Of a stretch of 64,000 nt of DNA, positions 1 to 13,067 are shown one piece after another. Location: NCBI GenBank assembly GCA_965235115.1, contig OZ249436.1, positions 15,254,001 through 15,318,000 of the forward strand. The letters are read 5' to 3'. Source of the DNA: Laetmonice hystrix (taxonomy: Eukaryota). Numbering within the stretch: position 1 is the first letter of the stretch; each line of letters opens with the position of its first letter. The notes beneath the pieces were generated by a model. That model ran no database searches, was not told the DNA's origin, and saw only the letters and a program-made list of their open reading frames with translations. The position numbers and the translations under genes are program-made.

Positions 1-3000
1 TAACGTTACTAGGCCTATAGGTACGCAATTATGTCAGTCTTTGTCAAATTTCACCATTTCAACAAATTTCTTCTTAATTTCCTATCTGTGATTCGTATTA
101 CATTTTGTGACATTTATAGTAAAATGTGACAAGTTTGTATGTTATGCATGGATCGCAGCAATTTTCCATGTGCCAATTATACCCTGGTATGTAAAGTATA
201 TATGAAATAGATAAAGCTCCCAACGCCATTCAAAGCCAGCAGAGCTCAACCGTTCAAGAGGCCAGAAAATCTCTTTGGAATGGTCTGCAGGTGTGTGTTT
301 CAACTTACTTTTGAAGGGCGGCCTTCTGGGGCATCCATGCTGTGGCATTACGCTTGAGTTCCCCTGTCGTGGATCTAGCCCTATAGTTAGGCACATCTGA
401 ACTCAGCACAGACTGAGAGTGAAATATATCACAGTTCCAGGTTTCTCCAGGCAGGGCAGTCTTCCTTGGTCATCTATGCCGACTACATGTACATGTATGT
501 CCATAGCATCACAAATTCTGAATTCGTCGCTTTCAATTCAAGTGCGTCTTTGAATCCATATATCGACAACGTATATGTTTGCTTAGAACAGACATGACAA
601 TGTAAACTACAACATGTACTACTGTCCACACAGTGATCACTCACCTCCCTATTCAGTGGGCTCTATTCAATCACGTATCAACAAGCCGGGGCATGGTATA
701 ATCTAGGATCCTGTTCCCCAATAAAATATATGGGAAATACATGTCCATCAAATAGATACTCGTAAATCGTATGTCCTCTCACTGTAGACCGTTCCAGTCA
801 TAGGTTCTCATTTTCATCGTCACCAACCGAGGCCTAAAATGTATATCGGTAGGCCTATACTATTATGCTACCTCTCGCAACGGGACCGATTGGGCCAATC
901 AATCTGTCACCAAATAGCCAACGTTACCGTATAAAAAGGCACTCGAGAATTCTATGTAAAAGGATATAGAATTTGGCGATTTGTAGCCGGCTTGGGCAGG
1001 TTCTACCTGAGATTACAGGTATGGGGAGGCCCCAACATCAGGTGCGTTATCCCGCCACACCACCACCTGGCTGCCACGACACGGGGTTACATAGATCCGG
1101 ATGGAGTCCGCCATCCTTGTGGTATTCGGCTGCTGGATCCTGGGCACATCCCGTCTCATCGCTGTCAATCAATGCTGGATCAATGCCCCCCGCCGGCAGC
1201 CAGGTGTACCTTGATCACACAGGTCAAGGTGAGCAACGTGCCGAACGTGTACCTGAGGTGATCCCAGTGGCCGCCGAACTAAAGGCATGGTACCCGGGGG
1301 GATACGCATATATCACACGTATAGGCTATAACATGGCACAGCCCAGTCCCTGTGTGAACAGGCTTTATACTGTTTACACTCACTCACACGCACTCCGAGT
1401 AATCACTCTCCAGTTTATCCATGAAATACAAATACAGTAAGGGCTGTCTCCATAAAGTTCCAGGTTTATATATGAAGGTGCGGCTCTTCGGCTGGTTCTG
1501 GTAACAGTTCTCCCCGCGATGATAACTCTTGCAATCCCAGTTTATAGACGGGCAGGTGAGGCGGTGAACCATTCAATAATTCCTCCAGTGGATTGCTGTG
1601 CCTTTCCTTCTCCAGGCGACGGTTAAAGTTATAGGCTTACACCACCCACATTATGCCCTCGGTAGCTGTAATGCCAACATGGGAGCTAACAATGTTAAAA
1701 CACGGTAAGCACCTGTGTTCTGACAGTATTAACAGCAGCTCAAGTGGCCGTGAGACTATTACAGGGACCGAGTCCCACCTGTAACGGGATGGCAGTGAGG
1801 GAGGGTGGTCGGTGTCGGACCAATGAGTCGGTTTGTACCATTCGTCCAGTTTAGACCATGTTAGTGAGAACTTATATTATAGCATAAAAATATATAACTC
1901 TATGCATGGTCGGCTTCTTCTTTTTTTTTTCTTTTTTTTTTATACATTGTCCCTTTCCCATAATAAAACGGGAATCGGAAATTGAGTACAATAATAACAA
2001 ATGGTCTATACTTTACTGGCAAGCAGCCAGGATTTCTTTGGACTTTTTTAGTTTCTGCTCATGATGGAAGTCCCAGCCCTTGGGGACAAGCGAAACTGAA
2101 CTTGCTGCAAGGGGGTCTGAGAGCATGCTTTTGGTGGAAAACTAAAAGTATCTAGGCCTACTAAGTCCATACAATGTCTATCATACACGCTCTACTAAGT
2201 AGGCTAAGCCTAGACTTGGTTAACTAGAATACTGGAGGTCTTTGAAGGTTGTTTCGTCCGAAACAACCGACATCACTACTTATACACTTTTTCTACGGGT
2301 TGCTACTTTCTCACCAGTAATCAGGAAATGACCTTTTCCCGCCATTCAATGTGACACAGAATGATGTTACCATTTTCCCTCACTAGTGTGACTTATTGTT
2401 AAAGTGAAGGGCCACTTGTATTATCATGAATCACGTCGTTTATTCTCTCCTTTGTTTCACGAATCAAGCCCTGCTAGGTTTCAGTGAGATGACGGGGTAT
2501 TGCGTGTTTTAATGTGGTGCACGCCGCCTTCAGCCGCCAGGCCCAATGTCAACCTGAGACTGGATCACCTAAACGACCTGGCAGCCACACACACAGGCCA
2601 AACGTTCTCAGCCCCGAACAGATTAGAGCAAGCTTAGGATATGCTGTTAACCTTGGTGTAATTATAACACGGCCTTATAACTTCCCACTGAGTATTGTCC
2701 ACAGATAGAACTAAGTACGGGTGGAAGGTTATGATGATGAACGGCTTTCGCATATTATCGGAGTCTAAGCGGATCGCCTTTACAAGGGATGTCGTACCAC
2801 AATCAGAGCAATATTTGTTGAAGAACTTGATCAAATGCCATATCTCGACTGGAAATTCCATAAGATTTTGGAAGGCTTTCACACCCTTTCACACACAGGT
2901 GGACAAGTAGGGTTAGCATCCATGCAACCTGGCTGTGTGGAGCAGGTCGCTCTCTCACGTTAAATATCATGGCATGTCATATAAAAAAAACTCCAATAAA

Positions 3001-3799
3001 TCAAAATAAAAATCGATATATTAATAAACCAAGATACAAAAAAAACGCATAAAACATTTTTTGTTTAAATAATAATAATTAATTAAACAAAAATTGACTA
3101 GGTACTAGACTTGGGCAACTACTACAAAATAAATTGCAACTGAATTCGGTGCACACAATCAATGCTATATGATGCAAAACCTATATAATACCTTTAACTG
3201 TCGTTCTGACCATATCTGTACCATGACAATAAAAATATTCAGTCAGTAGAATGCCATGCAGGTTTGTTATCACTCATTTCTATCATCGACCATGGTTCTC
3301 AACAACTTACAATTTCAGTCGCTGATACAAAGATTTTTGCAGTCCAAGATAATTTGATGGATCATTTGCAGGCTTTAATTTTACGCGTTCAATTGTTTAG
3401 ATCACTCTTTCTTTTACTTGAAAAGAGAGCATACACTGATTATTTAACATTCAATGATTTAATTTGAGCAAAAGTGTTATAGACCTTAAGAGTAGCATTA
3501 CGGTCCTTGCTCGTGGGCCAGGAGACCAATCTGCCAAAGGAAATATTAGTGGCCGAGTTGCAATAAGTTAAGATGATGCACTGCGTTACCAGTTCTAAAG
3601 CTTAGGTCTTAGAGATGCTTAAGAAAGATGGCAGAATTACGACACAAGTGCGCTTCAGTCTGATCATGCCTTTAATATAGCAGATTATCTGCTATACTTT
3701 GAAAGCAAATGACACAAACTTTAAAATTCCTAAGCTAGGATTAGATTTCTCAAAGTACTTGGTCTAGACCTGGCCCAAACTATGGATTTTATAGCCTAC

Positions 3800-6700
3800 C
3801 TTTCTGCGCAGCAGTGCCAGATATGCCAGTAGATCGTGCTCATCAACAGTGCCATTTACCACAGCCTCGGCACTGAAATAAAAAAAACGTAACGTAATTT
3901 TCAGCATTTATGTTCTTCATTTACATCTGCCCTGACTAAATATGCAGTCCTATAATGCTTTTGAAATGTTCGCTACGGAACGTCCATTCCTATCCACTAT
4001 CTGTTTCCTCCCAGAATACCATCAGGAAATATTATATACCGTATATGTCCCTTTAGCCGCGCACTACCTATTTACCGCGCACCCCCACATTTTTTCAAAC
4101 AAGCTGTGCCGGAAACCCCTATTCGACGCGCCACCTAGTGTAAGATTTTGTAAGCTCCCGGTGCAACCTCCCTATTGCCGTGCACTGCTTTTCTGCACAC
4201 GCACATGCGCGGCTAAAGGGACATATACGGTAGTTTGGCATCAAACTCTAGAGAGTCAGCCCAGTTTGATACGAGTGCCGGAATTAAAAGTTTGTATGAA
4301 ATTTTTATTTTATTGTCAGATTAGCTTTACTCACTCAAGGATGTGCTGGCTGATGCCAAGATATTCTTCCGCAGCCACTAGAGCATTGGTCATCAAACCA
4401 TTCGAGTCCTGTGGCGGGTTGACAAAGTTGCATCAATCCATCAGTCAGCCAGCCAACACCAAATGCCGCGATCACTTCAGAAATCGGTACGTTTTAAGGT
4501 GCTTTCACATGCACACGGTGTGCGGCGTGCTGCATGCGTTTTTGTTAATAATGTAACCAATGAAAATCGCCGTATGCCGCAATCCGGAGGCATGTGAACG
4601 GTTATATCTATTTTAAGTTGTTCCATTTAGCAAAAACGCACGCCGCATGCCGCACGCCGTATACATCAGTGTGAAAGCGGCTTTAGTCGTGTTTAATGTG
4701 GCTGATTTAGCAGCTCTCCTCTCGTCTCTTTCGTCCTCAACAAATAATGTTGTTCTCCAGTAATGCAAATATCTCATCGTTCCCATGATCATTTTCACAT
4801 ACTTCCAGAAATGTCATTTCTTATACAACGAATGTAAACTTCTAACTGGTCTTTCTTTTCCAATTAGCCATCAAGCCCCAGGAAGAGTTTAATGTGTTTT
4901 CAACGACAAGCTCGAGGCACTGACCTGGTGGTCGTGAACTGGACAGAACTGGGCCACAAGGTGAATCAGCAGTTGGTCCTGGCACACACTGTGTAAGCAG
5001 GCACAACATGTACCGAGGTACTTTTTAAATCACATCAATATGAACTTACAATAACAGACATCCTGGGCACTAACACAGAGAGCTCACAAGTGATTTTAGC
5101 CAGCTATCCCAGTACTTGCTTAGAATGTTAAAAATCACGGCTCATAGAGTCTAGACCTTCTGAAAGAAGGTACGCAATGATAATACACTAATTAACAACT
5201 TACTCCATCTTTCTCCATCTCTTTAATCTTATAAAAGTTCATGGAGGCGTAACTCAGTTAACATATTACCTACTCCGTCCGCACCTCCGACTCCGTACGG
5301 AATCAAAATCAATATAAGGTAGATTAGCAATCAGATCTGCTCAGACCGATTCCTGGGGTCATGGAAGGTATATATAATCCGCATCACGATACACAATCCG
5401 TCATGTTGGAGTACGTTCTGATCCCAACACTGGTGCACACACAATATCACTCGTTGTCCCAAATCCATGTAAGTCTCGTATCACAATAATGCATCCTAAA
5501 GATACTGACGGTGCAAATTCACACCAGATGGCCTCCATTTGGGCTCAATGCTAGGCACGGCTGTTTTACGACAGCTTGCATACCATGTCTATACCATACC
5601 TCGGCGACAACATGTGTCCAACGATGTGGACACTCAGGATTAATGGTACTTATACATACTATACTTTCCTGTAGGCCTATGTCTTAAAACAAGGCATACG
5701 GTGGTAGAATGGTGGAAGGAAGCATAGGTAGATCCTTTCTGACAGGCATGTAAAGTTGATATCATACCGGTGACATAAAATCTGTATAACTTATAAGTCC
5801 TGCAATGCATGGCAAAAAGTCGAACTTTCCGCAGACAACATTCTAAGTTCAACAAAGGGCAAATCTCATTGCTGCACTCTCTTTTTTAATCTTAGTAAAC
5901 AATCTTTGTAAGACTTACTTATCTCTCAGCCCCTTCTGTAGATCAAGTACAACTCCAGGTAGCATCAGCTTACACCATTCCAAGATTGCATAGCCTCCTA
6001 ATTCTTCTGAATGCTCAGAGATGGCAACAGCTGCAAACGATACAAGCCAGTGGCCGATATTTCTTCATTCTTTCCAAGAATATCAGGGATGTTTGTTCGA
6101 TGGTCGCTTTAAAACTCTATAAGCAGGCCTACATTAATCTCACAGTGTATTCAACTGAACACATCCCGTCCTCAGCGTGCGCAGTTCGGTGGTTTATCTA
6201 CAAAAGTCCCTCACATTATACAGTGCATTCCCTTACGGTTACATAGGCCTGTATAGACATTTGGGTATCCTCTCAGGAAGATTAGGAACATATCACCTCA
6301 GGTTTAATCCCATTATTATAGCTGTTATACCAGCGGTTTATCAAGGAACAAGTTGTTTATCACACCATTAATCCCATTCACCCCCAGGACCAGGTACCCG
6401 CGCAGTGAGACATTAATTGCTCAGGGTGCTGCGGCAGTGAATACCCAAAACATAGATACACGCACGGCTGTCCATTTTTTAATATTCTCAGGCATTCATT
6501 GACCCTTTAAACACTTCCCTGACTGACAATCAGTACTGTATACATTTATATTTCTTTGTAATGAAAAAATGGTAGTACTTACCTGGGGAGTGAACAACGA
6601 AGTGAAAAATAAGAAGCGTGACGATCTGGACCAATGCCTTTTCATCCCCATCAACCACATCTGAAGCGGTCGTTAAACTTATGAGAATTGTAAACTTTGG

Positions 6701-8025
6701 GCGATCAAAGCTAAAACGGAGTACATTAATTTAATTTTAGTTAGTTTTGTCAATTGTGAAGTGAGATGAAATCAACTGACCTTGTGCACCAATATTAGTG
6801 TGAATACCAAGGCCTTGGAAATAGCTCAGAAGGGTCTGGACATTCTGCACTCCAGTGCTTCTATCATCATCCTACAAAGGTTTACAAGACATGTAGGCCT
6901 ACTAGTATAGGCTCCCAATACACTATATCAAAATGATTAGATCTGGTTAACAGGTTCCTTGCGCTAAGTTAACATGTAGTCTGTAATAATAATTCAAGAA
7001 CAAAATTGAAGGAGGGATTATCCCTATACTGACTTCTACTAATTCCAACAGCTCTTCACTAAGTTGAGCATCTGGCCAGAGGATGTCTACCATGGTGACC
7101 AGGGCAACACCACACCGAAGATCATCAAGTTGATCCAGCAGTATCCCTGCCTCACAAAGGATGGAGTTGGTCCAACCCAAACAGAGCTGAATTGAAACAA
7201 AATGAATTAATAAGTAAAATGCGTTTTCTAACTAAACTAATTCTTTACTGTACAGGAGCCTGCTACTGTTCAATCAGATATTGATACAGTAAGAGGGAGG
7301 GAGGGAGGGAGGGAGGGAGGGAGGGAGGGAGGGAGGGAGGGAGGGAGGGAGGGAGGGAGGGAGGGAGGGAGGGAGGGAGGGAGGGAGGGAGGGAGGGAGG
7401 GAGGGAGGGAGGGAGGGAGGGAGGGAGGGAGGGAGGGAGGGAGGGAGGGAGGGAGGGAGGGAGGGAGGGAGGGAGGGAGGGATCATCTCTTTTGAAGTTA
7501 CATGACTATATAAAAATAATTAATTTACTCTTAGTTAAAATCTAAGAGTAAATTAGTCATAAGCTATTATACAAATTTATCACGTAACTGCCCTAACTAT
7601 GCCTAACTTGGGCTTTAGAAATGGGTAGGCCTACGTACGTCATTGACATTGTTTTGTAGCATTGTAATGATGTACCGGTCCGGTAGCCTACTAAAAAAAA
7701 TCTTGATTTGTCTACGACAGTGAATGTTTGACATCAATCATTGGAGTATACCCGAGGGCGAGGGAAAAAAGAAGGAGAAGCAGAAGGAGTAACAGCCAGG
7801 TAAAAATATCAAACGCTCCCAGGTTTCACTCTGCTAGTGCAACTACCAGCGCAGTGGGTACAGGCTTGGTCGAGTCTTGACCGGAGTGGGCGGCAACCTG
7901 TTTGCATGGTCAGAAATGTAAACAAACAACTGTCATTTCAGAAAAGTCATGCATAAGTTTTAAGACTCATCCAAATCGCCTTTCTTTTAACTTACTTGGG
8001 TGGCAGGGTCACTGTTGGATGCCAT
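3800..8025 (-). CDS. Uncharacterised protein with N-terminal tandem calponin-homology domains (filamin/actinin-type actin-binding domain); 3' exons unresolved
   Basis: Phase-compatible GT-AG exons (minus strand): 8025-7996 (MASNSDPATQ), 7186-7034, 6871-6781, 6660-6583, 6030-5919, 4988-4925, 4408-4335, 3872-3800 = 225 codons. CH1 motifs GWTNSIL, LDDLRCGVALVTMVDIL, NIGAQDVVDGDEKALVQIVTLLIFHF; CH2 motifs AILEWCK, NALVAAEEYLGI, VDEHDLLAYL. Optional exon 7897-7847; candidate downstream exons 2141-2017 and 412-309 are uncertain. Confidence 0.85.
4039..4230. mobile_element. Tc1/mariner-pogo-type MITE (CC...GG termini, TA target duplication)
   Basis: Perfect 25-bp TIR CCGTATATGTCCCTTTAGCCGCGCA, flanked by TA at 4037-38 and 4231-32; lies in a CH-gene intron. 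Confidence 0.85.
4497..4682. mobile_element. PIF/Harbinger-like MITE (second, truncated copy at 23921-24075)
   Basis: Imperfect TIR AGGTGCTTTCACA / TGTGAAAGCGGCT with TTA on both sides; about 150 bp closely matches 23921-24075. Confidence 0.7.
7293..7482. repeat. (GGGA)n microsatellite, about 47 units
   Basis: Uninterrupted GGGA repeat in intron 1 of the CH gene; source of the spurious PPSL ORF. Confidence 0.98.
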
Positions 8026-8303
8026 GACAACCAGTGGTGTGCCCTGGCCTCCTGTGGAGTCCAGTATCTCTAGGAAAACCTGACTGTCAGTCTCAGCCCG
8101 GCATCTCAACTCGGCGCCATGCTGAGAGTGGCATCATGGGTTTCGCGCATGCGTATGAAAAATACGCCTTATTTCCGGTGTGAATGGAAACAGTAGACTG
8201 GTAGGACCGAAAGAAATACCTATAAGTCAGTGGCCTTGGTAAAACAGGTGGCATTATCACCAGATTTTATTTACCAGACCATGGAATAGATGAATCGGTC
8301 ACC
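8026..8303. promoter_or_regulatory. Bidirectional promoter / 5'UTR region, CH gene <-> kelch
   Basis: Divergent ATGs 278 bp apart; NRF1-like GCGCATGCG (8145-8153) and ETS-like TTCCGG (about 8173). Confidence 0.65.
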
Positions 8304-11300
8304 ATGAATGACGCAGAAGGATCTCAGGTATGAAGTATAATGTTATCAACGATGTTTACATTTGGGATCCTTCCTCGCTCGTCGTAGCATCGGCCATCGC
8401 CATACGCCCATGCCATAGCATAGCCTCGCCTCCAGGGTGAGGTGAGGGTGCGAGGCAATAGATTGGGACAAGACTGCCACGGCAGACACTGACGTAGCCT
8501 TAGCCAGGATAAGTGAGATTACATTCGAGGTTCTGATGCGGCTGTCAGCCCATATTTACTGTCAGGGGGCCCAGTTATAAAAATGCCCTGTGACAATGTG
8601 TCATTGTGTGACTGTCAGTGTCAGTGTCACAGCACACAGGCTAGTGTGTGACACTGACACTACAGTGTGACTGACACTGACCCAGTCAGTCAGTGACTGT
8701 GTTAACTGTTGACCCTGTTTAATTTTGCTACTGAGACTGTCGGTTGTTGGAGTAACTGTTGACAGTGTTGTTCAGACAGACAGTACTATATAAGTTAGCA
8801 TCAGGGGTGCGTTAACCCAAAGATATCTTTGAAAACCTCGCTGGAGCCAGGGTGCAAGGTTTTTATTGAAACACTCGCTTTCTCCCCATCCGATGTTGCT
8901 GTCTGAAATGCCCACCAGTCCTTGTTCGCTTCCTATTGTTTAGATAATGCAGTGTTCTAGCTATAGCCTTTTGACATATCTGCCTGATACAGTGAGTTTT
9001 AGCTCCGATATACGACCAGAACGACTGATACGATGTTCTTTAGGGCTGATATGCAACGATATGTTCAAAGAGGGAAGCTGACCCAGTCAGTAACTAATGA
9101 TTTCCTATATAGATGTATGTCATTTCCAAGTTCATGCCCAATTTTTATTTTTCATGCCCCTACACTGGCTATATCTTATACTATTTTGATGTAATATTCT
9201 GTGACTTTGTCTTAATATTGTATAGATCTATGTGATTGACTATGTTTCAGCTTAATGTGTATTTGTATCTTACAGATTGTTAATGTGAAACTGGAGGAGG
9301 CTGAGTCATTGATGGATGTGACTCCAGCTGCCCTAGAACGACCTGCTTATAAACATGCTGGACATATGTCAAAAGCTTTTGAAGTTCTCAACATCCTACG
9401 CCGACAGAATCTATTGTGTGATATTCAGTTGGTTGCTGATGGACTGGAAATTCCTTCGCATAAAGCAGTGCTGGCAGCCTGCTCACCATACTTCTACGCC
9501 ATGTTTACATCAGATCTCACTGAGGCTCGAGCAGACCGTATTGTCCTCCAAGAGGTGGATGGAAAGGCATTGTCATTACTCATAGACTTTGTTTATACTG
9601 GAGAGGTTCATGTCACTGAGGAAAATGTTCAAGTAAGTCTTGATAGGAGATGCATATATGATGGATTGGTCTCTGCTATAGATCAACATGTGCTTTAAAC
9701 CCCGAAGAAAAAAGTGTCAATGATTGGAAATCTCTACTTCCAAACTTCAGTTGGATCAGCTGTAAAGGTTAGGTCTATGGACTTTCAGATGTTGCTGCCA
9801 GCTGCTAACCTTCTCCAGTTGGTTGAGGTGCGTGATGCCTGCTGTGACTTTCTCCAGTCTCAACTTCATCCGTCCAATTGTCTCGGCATCCGTGCATTTG
9901 CAGACTTGCATGCTTGTCAGGAGCTGCTTAACTACTCACAGACATACACAGAACAGCACTTCAGGTAATTTCAGTGGTCCAGACTGAAAAATCTTTTGAA
10001 AATAAAGGATGCCTCATAAATATTTTGGTTCAACTCTCAAGCCATGACTCAAACATCTGTAACCTTCTGTGAGAGCTCTATCATGCTTGTGTCATTTAAG
10101 TGACAACATTTGATTAGGATAAAATATAGTAATTGATTTTGTCTAATTAATGCAGTGATAACCTTTGTACTTACTGATTAAATGAAAGAGAATTTCTTAG
10201 CAGGTGAAAATTTATTGACATTAAAGATTTGTAGGCTTAATTTGAGGATCTCATGCCTGAACTTCATACTCTGGAGGAAATTTTGTTATAATGTGAGCTG
10301 TACAGAATGAGTAAATCAGAATAGACTAAAGAAATGTATCTGAAATGTGTTTGTGACTTGCTTGCAGTGAGGTCGTGCAGCACGACGAGTTTCTCAACAT
10401 GTCTCCTATGCAGGTGTGCAAACTGATCTCAAGTGACAGACTTACAGTGACGTCAGAAGAAACGGTATTTGAAAACACGTTCCTCATATTAAACCTGTGA
10501 AACATCCTTGAGTATCACTGAGTCATTTTTGTACCAGATGGAGAGGATGAATGTTACTGTATACATGTGTACATTTCTAGGTGTTTGAAGCAGTTTTGAC
10601 ATGGACCAATCATGACCTGCCTGCCCGTCAGGAGTATGTAGCTCAGCTGATGGAGCATGTGAGGCTGCCACTCCTCTCACAGGAGTTCCTGGTGCAGAGA
10701 GTGGAGGAAGAGACACTTGTAAAAAACAACAGTCAGTGCAAGGTACAGCCGAATTCAGAGATTCAAGTGTTATCTCAGATTAATGTCTAATTCCAGCAAG
10801 GACTGTGACTGAATGTTGTTTCATTTTTAGAAATACAGAGCATTTTAATTTCAGTAACACCAAAAATTATGAAATTTGTCAGCACAGACTAGTAAACTAT
10901 AACTTTGTAATTGTAAGTATAGTCCTGATTTTGCCAAATTAGTAATAACAAATGTTGGGCTATGTTTTGAGGCCAGAAATGTTATGATGTTCTTTCTTCC
11001 TGTCCAGGACTACCTTATTGAAGCTATGAAGTACCACCTTCTGAAAGGAGACCTCAAGGCATTGTACAAAACCCCTCGCACCCGCCTACGTACTCCAATA
11101 GGTCTCCCAAAAGTTTTACTAGTCATTGGAGGGCAGGCCCCCAAAGCAATTCGATCTGTAGAATGCTATGACTTCAAAGAAGAAAAATGGACACAGCTTG
11201 CAGATATGCCTTCCAGGAGATGTCGATGTGGTGAGTACATTAGGGGAGTATGGAAATGTGGACAAGGATTACATATTTTATTTATTGCATTGAAGTAGTG

Positions 11301-13067
11301 CAGATATTCCATCAGAATAAATTCATGACTTCTCTAATTTCAGGGTTTAACCATCTCGTTTCAGTATGCTTTAATTTTCCTGTTCTCTGTTGACCTGTAA
11401 AGCATGACTGCAGTGGTTTCACAATGCAATGTTATTGACCTGTCGTGAAAACCAGGTACCCAAAAAATTATTACCAAGGATATGACTTTTTAATAGGGAA
11501 TCATGCTAAATGAATCATTTGAATTGAACCTGTCGGCCATCATGATTTATTGATAGAACAGCCATTTATGAGATTTTGTCTTATAGGTGTTGCTGTGATG
11601 AGTGGACTTGTGTATGCAGTTGGTGGTTTTAATGGGTCACTCCGAGTTCGAACAGTGGATGTATATGACCCAGTCAAAGACATGTGGGCTGCTGTGGCCA
11701 GCATGGAGGCCCGCCGTAGCACCCTTGGGGCAGCAATACTCAATGGACTCATATATGCAGTTGGTGGCTTCGACGGATCCTCAGGTAACAGCTGGTTATG
11801 ACATCAAGGCATTTTAATAAACATCTGGAACCAGTACTTTTGGAGAAAAAATGTCATTGACATTGTAGAGTTTTGTCATTTCAGCAGGAACTTAACTGAT
11901 GATACATAATGATTTATTCGTAATTGTTTTAGACTAGAAGGCTTCATTACCCGTAATTGATCCTTCGCTAATAGCTTCAGCTTTTTGTGTATTATACATC
12001 TGTTATACTTTTTTCTTCTTAATACTTGTCTGTGGATTAAACTTTACCAAAGTGATCTGCTTGCAATATTATAAGGATGGAATGTATTACAGGTCTGAAT
12101 AGTGTTGAGTGTTATGATCCTCGTACAAACGAGTGGCAGTTGGTGTCCTGTATGAGTACTCGAAGGAGTAGTGTAGGAGTTGGAGTTGTTGGAGGTAAGG
12201 ACAACATTTGAAAGCCACAGCATTCTCTTGATTGACAAACCTAAGGTCCAGATCTTGTAAATGTCTTATTTTAATAGAATATGGATCGCTTTTAAACCAG
12301 AATGATGCAAATGGCTTTACTTAATTCAGTTGTATTTTGCTTGCCCTAAGGTTTACTATATGCAGTGGGTGGTTATGATGGGGCATCCCGGCATTGTCTC
12401 AGCTCGGTAGAGTGCTACAACCAGGAGAATGATTCATGGGGACCTGTGGCTGAGATGTCATGTCGGCGGAGTGGGGCAGGGGTCGGAGTCGTTGAAGGTC
12501 TTCTCTATGCTGTCGGAGGCCACGATGGACCCCTGGTGAGGAAGAGTGTTGAGATGTACAACCCAGATACCAATACCTGGTGTCAGGTTGCCGATATGCA
12601 TCTGTGTAGAAGAAATGCTGGTAAGTGTACATACCTAGTCCCTCAGATCAGCAGATGAATACATTGAAGATCTAATAGGTGTTACTCACCATATTGTTAT
12701 ACTGAGACCGTACGGTACATGTAAATGTTACAGCAGTATCCTGTGTTTTAACATATTGGTCCTATTTTTCATTATATTTGTTTCAAAGCAGTTCAGTGTC
12801 AATTCTGATGTACATGCATAGTTGTCGAATGACTGTAATGTCTTTTGTGAAAAAAGTCCCTCTTTGTAATAAATGTCCTCCTTTATTTTACCAGGTGTGG
12901 TCTCCAACAATGGAATACTATACGTTATAGGAGGGGATGATGGGTCCTCAAATCTTGGCTCAGTTGAATACTACAACCCCAAATTAGACACATGGACTTT
13001 ACTAACATCAAGTATGATGACTGGTCGAAGCTATGCTGGAGTTTGCGTTATAGATAAACCCATGTGA
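8304..13067 (+). CDS. KLHL2: Kelch-like protein 2/3 (ring canal kelch orthologue), BTB-BACK-6x Kelch, 593 aa
   Basis: Exons 8304-8327, 9276-9632, 9789-9964, 10368-10464, 10581-10742, 11008-11230, 11587-11784, 12093-12194, 12351-12620, 12895-13067 (1782 nt, all GT-AG, frame-consistent). [35 protein letters not shown] and [17 protein letters not shown] are typical of KLHL2/KLHL3/kelch. Likely co-orthologue of KLHL2 and KLHL3. Confidence 0.95.

Noticed and set aside
973..1440. 155-aa and 89-aa ORFs in a GC-rich patch
   Set aside because: No recognisable motifs or convincing splice context; probably repeat-derived.
1440..2910. Weak Penelope-like retroelement motifs on the minus strand (PFIIITFHPYL; INWD)
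   Set aside because: Only a few residues in broken frames; cannot be supported without an HMM search.
3942..4556. 204-aa plus-strand ORF
   Set aside because: Spans two MITEs and the antisense of a CH-gene exon; no recognisable domain.
7274..7486. ORF MIPPSLPPSL...
   Set aside because: Translation of the (GGGA)n microsatellite.
13065..13067. Selenocysteine recoding of the kelch UGA (also the UBE2D TGA TGA TGA)
   Set aside because: No SECIS recognisable by eye; the UBE2D stop is at the canonical position and is followed by tandem stops.
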